A stretch of 64,000 bases of DNA from Lachnospiraceae bacterium (lineage in GTDB: Bacteria > Bacillota > Clostridia > Lachnospirales > Lachnospiraceae). Below the pieces are notes generated by a model. That model ran no database searches. It saw only the letters and a program-made list of their open reading frames with translations, and was not told where the DNA came from. The stretch covers positions 29,972 through 93,971 of the forward strand of contig JAGDDE010000029.1 in assembly GCA_017958185.1 (NCBI GenBank). The letters are read 5' to 3'. Positions 10,005 to 19,908 of this stretch are shown here, one piece after another. How positions within the stretch are numbered: the first letter of the stretch is position 1; every line of letters begins with the position of its first letter. Made by a program: the position numbers and the translations under genes.

Positions 10005-10955
10005 TTACTCTTTTTCCACGGAACTGTTGCCGGACGTTTTGATATCCGGAACAGCACTGCCGCTGTAGCGAATGTCCGAAGAGCCGGATGCCTCGCCGCT
10101 CAGCTTTTCATTGGCCGTGACGGAAAGCTCGCTCGCGCCTGAGAGCGTGACCTTTGCCTCCCGGAGCACCAGATCCTTCAGTTTACCTTCCGAGGCGCCG
10201 CTCAGGCGCAGGACCGCATCCGTGCCTGTTCCGGCCGCTTCCAGCGTCGAGGCGCCTTCGATCTTCCATTCCGCGCTGCCGCTCAGGCGGCAGTCGCTCA
10301 GTTTCGCGCGGCTGGCGCCGCTCAGCGTCAGCTCCGTTTTGCCCGCCTCCAGCCGGTCGGTCGTCAGCTGGGAAGCGCCGCTGAGAACGGCTGTCAGCGT
10401 ATCCGTTTTGATCGCCTCGGTGATCAGCCTTCCCGCTCCGCTCACGCGCACGTCCAGCGTTTTGGATTCGATCCCGTCCGCGACCAGCACCGACGCGCCG
10501 CTCAGCCGGACTTTCATCGCGTCGGCTTTCAGGACCACACCGTTGCCGGCGATCCCTTCGCAGGCGTTTTCCAGAGTGATCGACTCTAGATCGTAATTAT
10601 AAAAACGGATGATCAGCAGATAGTCCGTGTCATACAGAGTACTGCTGCTGCCGCTGATGCGCATCTCGCCGCCGGCGCTGCCTTTTTTCAGAGCCTCCAC
10701 CAGGCTTTGCTGGCCTTCGATCTCGACCCGAGCCTTTCCGCTGTCCTTCAGGAAAAGCACCTGCGGTCCGAAGGTGATCCCGTCCTTCGTCAGCTTGATA
10801 TCCCGTACCAGCACCTTCGTGCCGGAGGCGTCCCAGGTCTCCAAGGTTTTATCCCCGGTCTGTTTCTGAGTGATCCGTGCGAAACAGCCGCCAAGACACA
10901 GGACAGCGGTCAAAAGGCCCCCCAGGACCGCCAGTCTGCGAACTATATGATCCAT
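10005..10955 (-). CDS. DUF2807/GIN-domain-like beta-helix protein, membrane anchored
   Basis: ORF 10005..11207 trimmed to ATG 10955 (GGGAGGAAATAAC upstream). N-terminal TM/lipobox-like LCLGGC; reiterated (L/V)SGAS motifs. Confidence 0.75.
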   Translation of the reverse strand: MDHIVRRLAVLGGLLTAVLCLGGCFARITQKQTGDKTLETWDASGTKVLVRDIKLTKDGITFGPQVLFLKDSGKARVEIEGQQSLVEALKKGSAGGEMRISGSSSTLYDTDYLLIIRFYNYDLESITLENACEGIAGNGVVLKADAMKVRLSGASVLVADGIESKTLDVRVSGAGRLITEAIKTDTLTAVLSGASQLTTDRLEAGKTELTLSGASRAKLSDCRLSGSAEWKIEGASTLEAAGTGTDAVLRLSGASEGKLKDLVLREAKVTLSGASELSVTANEKLSGEASGSSDIRYSGSAVPDIKTSGNSSVEKE

Positions 10956-11130
10956 GTTATTTCCTCCCGGCAGACTTTGTCTACTTGTTCCGACTGCCGG
11001 TTCAAGTATACCTTGTTCCGGCGAAAAAAGCAAGATGGCGTGCTGTAAGAGCACCCTGTTCTGCTCGATTATACTCAAACAGGAGATCCTTGAGAAAGGA
11101 CCTCCTGTTATATACGTTCCTGTGTGAATC

Positions 11131-11910
11131 TTATCTTTGTTCAAGGGGTTTTCCGTCAAGATAATAATTGATTGTATAATCGTATTCTCTGATCTCAGGA
11201 CCAGCACTATTAGGGTGACTAACCGTCACCAATACAGGCTTCATCACCGGATTGTATCCACGATCCAGATACATGTTAATATCGAGAGACACGATTAGTC
11301 GACCTTCTTGTATGACTACTTCGGAGACTGTCAAATCTGATATACCTATATTGTAATAAGGGACCACGAATTGATACCCAACTACGAAAGATTCTTCAAA
11401 AGAATCTTTCTGGAAAACACAGGGCAGTCCTTTTAAGTAAGCCGTCAGACTGTTTTCTTCAAGCTGAGTCAAGCCCGGAGTTTCTGCCATTTCTCCTTCT
11501 GAAAGGTTAATCAATTCCTCGTATGAGTCCACTCTCCAAAGCATCCCCACAAAAGAAGGTTCTCGGATTCTGCCTTCTGTTATCCACGATATAACAGGGA
11601 TGTTGTCATCCGGTGCCAGATCAACATCATCCGCATCAGTGCATGGTTCTGTCTTGATTCCATCAGCATCTGTATCTGCCTTCTCGTCTACTTCATCAGT
11701 CACATTCAGTGATTCGGCGTTTATCATGCTTTCCATGCTGGTCTTGCCGTAATACTCATTCTCCCGTTGATCATCGATCTCAATCTCCTTCAGGTGTTCG
11801 TTAATCTCTTCTAACTTGTGAGTCACATGATCAGATGTTTTTACCACACAGCCTGTTAAAAGAATACTGGCTGTCAACATACACATAGACATTAAAACAA
11901 TCTTCTTCAT
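11131..11910 (-). CDS. Lipoprotein of unknown function (acidic linker plus beta-rich C-terminal domain), partner of the adjacent subtilase
   Basis: Low-GC ORF trimmed to ATG 11910. Signal MKKIVLMSMCMLTASILLTGC; D/E-rich segment. Confidence 0.65.
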   Translation of the reverse strand: MKKIVLMSMCMLTASILLTGCVVKTSDHVTHKLEEINEHLKEIEIDDQRENEYYGKTSMESMINAESLNVTDEVDEKADTDADGIKTEPCTDADDVDLAPDDNIPVISWITEGRIREPSFVGMLWRVDSYEELINLSEGEMAETPGLTQLEENSLTAYLKGLPCVFQKDSFEESFVVGYQFVVPYYNIGISDLTVSEVVIQEGRLIVSLDINMYLDRGYNPVMKPVLVTVSHPNSAGPEIREYDYTINYYLDGKPLEQR

Positions 11911-12016
11911 TTTACGTTTTCCTTTCATTAATAGTGCCCAAAGAACAACTTGCACTTCTTTCAATTTCCTATTACCATCAAAAAAAGATACAGAAAACCA
12001 TGATATGTTGGTCTTA

Positions 12017-13791
12017 TCACCACCAAGCCGCTCCATAATAAGTCGTTTGAGACGTGTCTCCTGCAAGGAACGTGATTTTAATAGTATAGTTCCCTGTAAT
12101 GGTAGGTAGGAAGGAAATGACAGATAGATTCATTTTAGTGGATGATCTTATCTCAACCCCGTTAGGATCCAAAACCGTTAATTTCAGTCCTGACACTGTT
12201 GGATTCGTCCAACCTCCACCCGATTGAATGTTTGTATTTTTAAGCCAACTCAACGCAACCCTGACTGGCAGGTCTGTCGATGACACAGAAAAGGAATAAG
12301 TTGCCGTTGAACCTTGTGCCGTTCCGGCAGGAAAGTTTCCGGAAATCCAATTTCCGTTGGATGCTGTATAGAAAGATGCATAGGCATCGACCATTCCTGC
12401 TCCCATCATCTGAAACTCATTGTCAGAATCTTGTAATGCCAAGGGATGGTGGATGGAGGCAGCCAAAATAGCCTTCATCGTAGCCTGCTTTTCAAGTAAA
12501 CCACTATTTGCCTGACAAGCTTCAGCAACTATGGCAGCTACAATAGGGGCAGATAAACTCGTTCCTGAAACCGACCCAATAGTCGGAATATAGATGTCCT
12601 CTCCTGGGGCGCAAATGTCCGGCTTTGAAAAAACCGTTGTGTTATAAATGCCATCAGCCCAATACTGAGAAAACCAGGAGTGATATCCCGCCAATGTGCC
12701 ATCCGAAGATGTTTCCCTAACAGCTCCGACGGTGATTACATTATATGCAAACGCCGGGCTGATAGCGCCATTACTATTTCCGGCTGAAACGATAATATGA
12801 ACACTGTGATTAATACCGATATGTTCGATCCATCCATCAATAGAGGAATAATAACATCCCGTCAGCCATCCCATACTGAGATTTATAACATTGACCTGCC
12901 GCTCCAATAGAAGCCATTCCATTCGATCAACCCAATTGGCAATAGTCGAAACTGTCGAAGTATGCATTGATGCATTAGGTACGATTCCCTCATATGCTAT
13001 TCCCCCTGATATTACGGCTTGTCCAACAATTGGATATGCCGTCAAAGTGCCATGGGCATCGGTAGCTGAGGCAGCTCCATTCGGATCGCGATAAAAATAA
13101 CTTTCGTTGAAAAGCCCATCCACAGATGATGGATACCCATTGAACATTGTCATGCCTATTTTTATGCCACCGCCCTTATAGTACAGCGAGTCTCTGACAT
13201 AATCCGCACGAACCGTCTCGATACAACTGTTCAAAGGTGATACTGGTTCAGCATCAGGAACAACATCTATCAAAACCAAATTCTCATATTCCAACAATGA
13301 TACGATTTGAGTTTCCGTCAGGGCAACATATATGAAAGGTGCCAATTTGCTGCAATAATAGTTTTCTTCACTATTACTGTTTTGAATTAGGTCTCTAATA
13401 TCAGGGAATGCGTTCAGAAACTCGCAATGCCTTTTCATTTGAAGTTCAGCATATACCTGCCTCTCTGTGATGATATATGTATTGATTTCTTCTGCGGAGT
13501 ATTCTCTTCCAGTTTCGCTTAATAGCGATCTATTGATCCCAGTGCGCTGAAAGACCTCTGCTTCAACTTCTTCTGACGACAAACACTTAAAAACCAAACA
13601 GACCTGATGTACACTTTCGCTCCCGCTATTCTGTAATTGAGAACGAAGCGCCTCTGTAAGGATTGAATTATACCCTTTCTCTGCTCCCGTTTTGACCGTT
13701 TCTTTTCTAGACACTACAGCAATAATGAAAAGCAAGGATACTACTATAAATATTACCGCTTGTTTTTCCTTGAGACCTTATTTCTCACCAT
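12017..13791 (-). CDS. S8 (subtilisin-like) peptidase family protein; N-terminus split by an apparent frameshift
   Basis: His motif DAHGT, oxyanion-region INLSMG, Ser motif SGTSLSAP. The ORF track starts at TTG 13735 inside a hydrophobic segment. ATG 13791 has an AGAGGG RBS and encodes MVRNKVSRKN in another frame. Confidence 0.8.
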
Positions 13792-14189
13792 TTTGAACCC
13801 TCTTGTTTTAAAACACCACTTACAATCTACAGTTACTATCTTATCCTATCACGGAACCATTGAATCTGTCTCCCAATAGTTTCATGGTGGTGATTTATTG
13901 ATTGCATTCTTTCAAACCTTTGACTTCCGGTATCATGCTCTTTCTGCGACAGTAGGTACGTCTTGTTGCGTACACGAGTACGTGTAAACCCGATTGAACT
14001 ATTTGTCAAGTGCATTTCTATCGTATCTCGAATCAGGTATCTGTCATCATAATCTTTAACATACTTTCTCTGGCTTTGCTGCATCGCGATGATTCTCTGT
14101 CATTGGACAACAGAAGAACACGCCTGCATGTCCTGATACGGCGCCCGGCCTAGGTCTCTGCGCCTGTTTATACTTTGCTGAAAGACCTA

Positions 14190-15167
14190 TCACCCTCCGC
14201 TGCCCGGAACGACCCCAGGGAAACTGTTGTTGATAAGCAGATCGCAGCTGATCAGATAGTTGTATACCGCCCGGAACTCCGGCGTGATGCCGCCGACCTG
14301 GGAGACCAGCACGCCCAAACTGCCGTTATACATACCGACATCCACCTGATACGGCACCGGAGGCTCTGTCGCCGCAAGAATGCTCTCCGGAGTCCTGCCG
14401 GAAACGTCAGGATCTACGGAGACCGTTGCGTAAAACTCGGCGACTCCGATCTCATAGCCATTGAAACGTGCCGTAGATAAATTACCGCCCAGAGCCTCCG
14501 CGGGGTAGTAACCCGGTTCTATGACCACACGCACTACCGTGTTGGTATAATCCACGTAAATCAATGCCTGGATGAGATCCCCGTGCTCGTCGTAATAGGC
14601 GTTTCCTGAGACATCCCGGTAGTTTGCTCCCAGATGGTCCGGCTGAAAGTCCGAAAGAACCGTCCGGATATTGGCACCGGTGAGCGGTGTCTGCGACGCA
14701 TAGTTCTCCGCCACGGTGACCCGGGATCCGGCGACCGTGTACAGTTCCTGCAGGATCACGGAATTGCCTGTTCCCTGCGGAGCCGTTCCTTCGACGATCT
14801 TCTTCGGCTCCACGTTTTCGATCTGCGGTGTATTTTCCGGAGAAGGCCTGCGGGCCGGCAGTACCCACGGCAGCAGCACCGCAAGCAGCAGGGCCGCAGC
14901 GGCAGCAACACCGGCCGCCGGCACCCAGATCCTCGGACGGAGGCTCTTCGGCGGCGTCTGTGCCATATACTCTTCTCTCATGCGCAGTCCGCTCTCCAGG
15001 ACATCCTCGTCCAGCTGCGTCAGGATCTCCGCGACCCGCAGGATCTCTCTTTCTTCCTTCATAGGTCCTTCCTTCATCTTTTCTTCACTTTCCGGGCTCT
15101 CCGGGGACCGGCTGCCGGCCATCGCTTCGGCAGCAGACAAAACTTCGGGTTCCGCTTTTCCGTTCAT
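14190..15167 (-). CDS. Putative anti-sigma factor (single-pass membrane protein)
   Basis: The ATG overlaps the sigma-factor stop (ATGA). One TM helix (VPAAGVAAAAALLLAVLLPWVL) separates a short cytoplasmic part from a roughly 220-aa extracytoplasmic part. Confidence 0.6.
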   Translation of the reverse strand: MNGKAEPEVLSAAEAMAGSRSPESPESEEKMKEGPMKEEREILRVAEILTQLDEDVLESGLRMREEYMAQTPPKSLRPRIWVPAAGVAAAAALLLAVLLPWVLPARRPSPENTPQIENVEPKKIVEGTAPQGTGNSVILQELYTVAGSRVTVAENYASQTPLTGANIRTVLSDFQPDHLGANYRDVSGNAYYDEHGDLIQALIYVDYTNTVVRVVIEPGYYPAEALGGNLSTARFNGYEIGVAEFYATVSVDPDVSGRTPESILAATEPPVPYQVDVGMYNGSLGVLVSQVGGITPEFRAVYNYLISCDLLINNSFPGVVPGSGG

Positions 15168-15817
15168 ATGGTGAAGCCCTCCTTCTCCAGGTATTCTTTC
15201 AGATCCTTCCGTATCCGTTCTAACCGCTTATAGACGGCTCGCTGCGACATCTGCATCATCTGCGCGATATCCGGTATGCTGTCTGCGGTATAATATCGGC
15301 TGACGAACAGGAACCGGTCCTCCCGGGATCTGCTCCTGAGAAACGCGCTGATCGCCGCCGCCAGTTCTCTTTCGCGTTCTTCCTCTTCCACGCTCGAGGG
15401 GCCGATCATTTCTTCCGCCTCTTCCAGAGAGACCGTCATTTCCGATCGGATCCGCTTTTTCGTCCGATTCTGCCGTTGGAACAGGTCCAGAGCTTTTCGG
15501 CGGATGATCGTTCCCAAATAGGCTGCGAGACTGTTCGGCCGTTGCGGCGGTATCGTGTTCCACGCCGCCAGATAGGTTTCGTCAAGGCATTCCTCGCTGT
15601 CCTGAGGATCCCGGTCTCCCAGGATGTTCCTGGCCAGAGACAGCAAAAAACGCCGGTACTTGGCATCCGTTTCCCGGATGGCAGCCTCTTCCCTTGCCCA
15701 AAAAAGATCCACGATCTCGCTGTCGGAAAGAGGGCTCTGTTCGTTTTTCAAATCGGGGCCTCCCTTCCTGAAAAGATCCCCGGGGGCGGCCGGCGGAGCG
15801 TCCCCCGCGCTGCGCAT
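15164..15817 (-). CDS. Sigma-70 family (ECF-type) RNA polymerase sigma factor
   Basis: Region 2-like SDSEIVDLFWAREEAAIRETDAKYRRFLLSLARNILGD and region 4 HTH SIPDIAQMMQMSQRAVYKRLERIRKDLK. TTG 15751 (GGGAGG RBS) is an alternative start. Confidence 0.85.
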   Translation of the reverse strand: MRSAGDAPPAAPGDLFRKGGPDLKNEQSPLSDSEIVDLFWAREEAAIRETDAKYRRFLLSLARNILGDRDPQDSEECLDETYLAAWNTIPPQRPNSLAAYLGTIIRRKALDLFQRQNRTKKRIRSEMTVSLEEAEEMIGPSSVEEEERERELAAAISAFLRSRSREDRFLFVSRYYTADSIPDIAQMMQMSQRAVYKRLERIRKDLKEYLEKEGFTI

Positions 15818-16067
15818 TTCCCCTTCACCTATATAGTCTCAAAAATCGGGAAAAATTGAACCTGTACAGACACATTTTCTCAAATAAAAAGAATGGAAAG
15901 TTTTTCTTTGTAATTCTTAATAATCTTAAGTCGCGTCGGGGAAAACAGACCGGTCCCCTCCTCACCGTGAGAAGACCGGCCGGTTTTGGCTCTTTGGTCC
16001 CTCATTTCCCGGCAGTGCGTCCTGCCGGGCAGAGTGATGCAGAGTATCCTTCCGAAGTCACCTGCGC

Positions 16068-16883
16068 TCAGTTCTGCTTGACATGGACATCGATCTGCTG
16101 ATACGGGATCTTGACATTCGCGTCGTTCAGGGCTTCTTTGATCGTCTCCTGAAGCGCAAAGTAGGCGGTCCAGTAGTCGGCGTTTTTGACCCAGGCGCGG
16201 CAGAACAGGTCTACGCTGCTGCCCGAAAGGGCAATGAGTCCGGTGGTCACGGCGGGATCCTGCAGGACCTCCGGGACCTTGGCCGCGGCGGCAAGGATCA
16301 CGTTCTTGGCCTTCTCCACATCGCTCTCATACGAGATAGGGAAAGTCAGATCGACACGGCGCAGTTCCTTTTCCGAATAGTTGATGACAGAACTGGTCGA
16401 CGCGGTGCCGTTGGGCACATAGATCACGCGGTTGTCCACGGTGCGCAGCTTGGTGTTGCACAGGCGGATATCCTCCACCGTACCGGTCTGCCCGGCCACT
16501 TCCACGAAGTCGTCCACGCGGAAGGGACGGGTGATCAGCAGCAGGATGCCGCCGGCGATATTGCCGAGAGCGCCGTTCACGGCCAGGCCGATCGTCACGC
16601 CCAGCGAGGCGATGAGAGCGGTGAATCCGCTCGTATCGATGCCCAGATAGCTGATCAGGCAGATCACGACGAGGACCTTCAGCAGGATCCTGCCGGCATA
16701 GATCAGTGTCCTGGCCAGCGTGGAATCCAGTTTCTTCGTTTCTTCATTCTTCTTCTGGATGAGTTTGCCCAGCCAGTTGATCAGCCGGAAGCTGATGAAC
16801 ATGATCACGGCGGCAATAACGATCTTCAGGCCCGTATTCAGGATCCAGCCCATCACAGTGCTCCAGATTGCTTCCCAATCCAT
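16068..16883 (-). CDS. Mechanosensitive ion channel family protein (MscS-like)
   Basis: ORF trimmed to ATG 16883 (GAAGGAG RBS). Three N-terminal TM helices followed by an MscS beta-domain pattern (RPFRVDDFVEVAGQTGTVEDI). Confidence 0.9.
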   Translation of the reverse strand: MDWEAIWSTVMGWILNTGLKIVIAAVIMFISFRLINWLGKLIQKKNEETKKLDSTLARTLIYAGRILLKVLVVICLISYLGIDTSGFTALIASLGVTIGLAVNGALGNIAGGILLLITRPFRVDDFVEVAGQTGTVEDIRLCNTKLRTVDNRVIYVPNGTASTSSVINYSEKELRRVDLTFPISYESDVEKAKNVILAAAAKVPEVLQDPAVTTGLIALSGSSVDLFCRAWVKNADYWTAYFALQETIKEALNDANVKIPYQQIDVHVKQN

Positions 16884-17009
16884 ATTTCTTGCTCCTTCTC
16901 TTAAAAATCCTCTTTGACCTTTCACGGCCTCACAGTATTATACCACACGAGTCCCGGCCGCGAAAGATAAACTCGAAATAACCTTTCCGCAGGTGCTGCC
17001 GCACCGGCC

Positions 17010-17690
17010 TTATCCGGGCAAACGGCTCGAAAGCAGCGCCAGGTCATACGGCCGGGTCAGTTTTCGGTTTTCCTCCCGCCCGCGCACCAGACGGACCGGA
17101 AGGCCGGCCGCCTCCAGCAGCATGCAGTCATCCGTCATGTCCCGGCGATCCCGGAAACGCTCGTGCAGGCAGCGCAGCGTCTGCGTTTCAAAACACTGCG
17201 GCGTCTGGATGAGCCAGGTATGGGCGCGGTCGGTCGTCTGAAGGACGAGGCCGGCGTCATCTGTGATCTTGACCGTATCCGGCGAAGGCACGGCCAGCGC
17301 AGCGCCCGGCACCGCAGGCATGACGGCCAGCAGCGCGTCGATATCGCTTCGGCTGATCCGGGGCCGCGCGCCGTCGTGGATCATGACCCGTTCTCCCCGG
17401 ACCAGGGCGAGCCCGCGCCGCACCGATCCCTGCCGGGTGTCTCCGCCTGTGATGATCCGGACCGGCTTATCCGAAGGCGAGGCCGAAAGCACCGCCCGGA
17501 TCTCCGCCTCGTCGCCGCTGCGGTATACCAGGATGACCTCGTCCACGGCGGGATGTTCCAGAAAGACCCGCAGGCTGTGCTGCAGCACCGGCTGCCCTTC
17601 CAGCAGCAGGAAGACCTTGTTCTGACCGCAGCCGAAACGCGTGCCGCTCCCGCCTGCCAGCAGGATGACCGAAAGACTTCTTCTTTCCAT
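17010..17690 (-). CDS. ispD: 2-C-methyl-D-erythritol 4-phosphate cytidylyltransferase
   Basis: 226 aa. N-terminal VILLAGGSGTRF nucleotidyltransferase loop and IspD-length fold. Confidence 0.9.
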   Translation of the reverse strand: MERRSLSVILLAGGSGTRFGCGQNKVFLLLEGQPVLQHSLRVFLEHPAVDEVILVYRSGDEAEIRAVLSASPSDKPVRIITGGDTRQGSVRRGLALVRGERVMIHDGARPRISRSDIDALLAVMPAVPGAALAVPSPDTVKITDDAGLVLQTTDRAHTWLIQTPQCFETQTLRCLHERFRDRRDMTDDCMLLEAAGLPVRLVRGREENRKLTRPYDLALLSSRLPG

Positions 17691-17694
17691 GACG

Positions 17695-18552
17695 TCACCT
17701 CACGGGCATATGGTTCAGGAAGTGACAGCGGATGGGCTTAAATCCCTGGCGACGCAGCCGGACCGCCGCCGCTCCCCGCTCCGCCGTATGGCGGAAAAGG
17801 CCGAACACGGCGGAACCGGAGCCCGTCAGACAGGCGGCGCCGGCGCCGGCTTCGCGCAGGGACTGCCGGGCCTCGCCGATCCCGGGGATCGCGGCCACCC
17901 ATTCAAAATCATTGAAGACCGAAGCAAAAACGCCGTCGATGTCGCCGTTTCGCAGCGATTTTTCACAGTAATCCACCCGGCCGTAGTTCCCGTGCAGACC
18001 GCTCCTGTCCAGCGCCGCGTACATGTCCGCCGTCGAAAGGCCCGTCTCCGGCCTGATCAGCAGTACGGGCAGGTCGATCGTATGCGCAATCGGCGTCAGC
18101 TCCGTTCCGATACCGCGCCCGCGGGTCGTTCGGGGAGTCATCAGGGCCGGGACGTCCGCGCCCAGCTGCGCCGCCAGCGACCGCAGCTCCTTTCCGCTGA
18201 GGCCCAGTTCGAACAGCCGGTTCAGACCGCGCAGCATGGCCGCGCCGTCGCTGCTGCCGCCGCCCAGACCCGCCTGCCGGGGGATCCGCTTGGTCAGACG
18301 GGCCCGTACGCCGCAGTCCTGCGGCAGCTGCGCTTCCAGAAGCTTATAGGCCCGGCAGACCAGATTGTCTTCGCCTTCCAGTTCCGGATCCGAACAGGAA
18401 AACTCCAGGCCCGGGGCCTCCGTCTTTTCCAGATCCAGAATGTCCGTCAGCGAAACAGGCTGATAAACGGTGTCGATCTCGTGGTACCCGTCGGGACGCC
18501 TTGCGGGGACCGAAAGACACAGGTTGATCTTAGCAAAAGGATAGATCCTCAT
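17695..18552 (-). CDS. ispE: 4-(cytidine 5'-diphospho)-2-C-methyl-D-erythritol kinase
   Basis: 285 aa. MRIYPFAKINLCL start and GHMP-kinase loop PRQAGLGGGSSDGAA. Confidence 0.9.
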   Translation of the reverse strand: MRIYPFAKINLCLSVPARRPDGYHEIDTVYQPVSLTDILDLEKTEAPGLEFSCSDPELEGEDNLVCRAYKLLEAQLPQDCGVRARLTKRIPRQAGLGGGSSDGAAMLRGLNRLFELGLSGKELRSLAAQLGADVPALMTPRTTRGRGIGTELTPIAHTIDLPVLLIRPETGLSTADMYAALDRSGLHGNYGRVDYCEKSLRNGDIDGVFASVFNDFEWVAAIPGIGEARQSLREAGAGAACLTGSGSAVFGLFRHTAERGAAAVRLRRQGFKPIRCHFLNHMPVR

Positions 18553-18555
18553 CGC

Positions 18556-19023
18556 TTATTCTCCTACTGTCAGAATACAGAATACACTTATGCCTTCTCC
18601 CCGCCCGAAGGCGGTCAGGCCCTCGCCGGTCGTAGCCGTGAGCCCTACGCGGGAAGGATCGATGTTCAAGAGACCGGCTACGGCTGCTTTGATCGCGGGG
18701 ATATGCTCCCAGAGCCTGGGGCGGCTTCCCTCCAGCGTAAAGGAGACGTGCACGATCTTATCCCTCAGGTCGGCCAGCGCCTCCGCCAGATACACCCGGC
18801 TGTCGGTGATCCCCGCCCGGCAGATCCGGTCCGCCGGCGGTCCCAGAATATTCCTTCCGGTGATGCCGGAAACGGCATTCGTGAGCGCGTGCAGCAGCAC
18901 GTCTCCGTCGCTGTTCGCCTCAAACCCCGGCGCGTCGGGGATCACCACGCCGCCGAGCACACATTTTCTGTCCGGATCAGAGGCAAACCGGTGGCTGTCC
19001 TGTCCGATCGAACATCTCGTCAT
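18556..19023 (-). CDS. ispF: 2-C-methyl-D-erythritol 2,4-cyclodiphosphate synthase
   Basis: 155 aa. IGQDSHRF and SDGDVLLHAL motifs. Confidence 0.9.
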   Translation of the reverse strand: MTRCSIGQDSHRFASDPDRKCVLGGVVIPDAPGFEANSDGDVLLHALTNAVSGITGRNILGPPADRICRAGITDSRVYLAEALADLRDKIVHVSFTLEGSRPRLWEHIPAIKAAVAGLLNIDPSRVGLTATTGEGLTAFGRGEGISVFCILTVGE

Positions 19024-19026
19024 ACG

Positions 19027-19836
19027 CTATACCTGATTTCTCCTGTACTCGTTTTTCCAGTTTTCCAGCAGCCGCGCATAGGCGTCGGCCCGCTCTTCCG
19101 GCGGCCGGTCGCGCAGGGCGGCGGCCTCCAGCGCCTTTCCTTCAAACACCGCCTGCCGCTCCCGCTCCGAAAAGCGCCGGCGGAACTTTTCTTCCTGTTC
19201 GGGGGAGATCTCCGCCTTCAGTTCCTCCGGCAGGGTCACGCCCGCCGACAGCTGGCAGAGCGCATAGATCTCTTCCAGGATCTTCTCGTCGTGGAGCAGG
19301 CTGTAGGCGCGGCGGTAACAGCGCATGGCCTCGCGCACCGCCTCCATGCTGGCATAGACGCTGCCCATGTTGTGCCACACCTGCCCGGTGAAGTTGGCAT
19401 CGCCGAGCTTCACGGCGTCCATCGCCAGGATATCCTCATATTCCCGGAGCGCGTAGTGGTACAGCCCCTCTCCGAACAGATAGTCTCCTTTGGCCTTGCG
19501 GCGCTCGGCTTCCGGCATGGCCCGGAGCGTTTCCAGCGTTTTATCGAAGCGGAACAGTTCCGGACTGCTGTAATAGCGGATCTCCTGCAGGATCACGGGC
19601 AGGACTTCGTAGATATCGCCGCCGCGGTATCCGCGCAGACGTTCTTCCAGGCGCGCATAGCCCAGTTCTCCCAGGAACACGAACAGCCGCTCCTCCAGGA
19701 AGTCGTCCGGGATCAGCAGCACATGATTGAAGATGAAATAACTCAGTTCCTCGCCGGTGTAGAGATGGACCCCCAGTTCCGGCACATAATAGGGACTGCG
19801 CACGTTTACTTCCTGACAAAGGATAAGTCCGGCCAT
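19027..19836 (-). CDS. Hypothetical protein, helical/TPR-like
   Basis: 269-aa ORF whose stop lies 3 nt before the ispF start. Helical-repeat composition (..GEGLYHYALREYEDILAM..WHNMGSVYASMEAVREAMRCYRRAY..). Confidence 0.7.
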   Translation of the reverse strand: MAGLILCQEVNVRSPYYVPELGVHLYTGEELSYFIFNHVLLIPDDFLEERLFVFLGELGYARLEERLRGYRGGDIYEVLPVILQEIRYYSSPELFRFDKTLETLRAMPEAERRKAKGDYLFGEGLYHYALREYEDILAMDAVKLGDANFTGQVWHNMGSVYASMEAVREAMRCYRRAYSLLHDEKILEEIYALCQLSAGVTLPEELKAEISPEQEEKFRRRFSERERQAVFEGKALEAAALRDRPPEERADAYARLLENWKNEYRRNQV

Positions 19837-19908
19837 GAAGCCTCCTTTCGGAAAGGCGGGGCCGTCCGGCCCCGGCAGCGATCGGATGCGGGAGAGCGCC
19901 CCGCTCCG

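Noticed and set aside
13836-14084. 82-aa minus-strand ORF between the anti-sigma gene and the subtilase.
   Set aside because: It has no SD sequence upstream of the ATG and no recognisable motif, and it lies at the GC transition. It could be a gene remnant, but I cannot support it as a feature.
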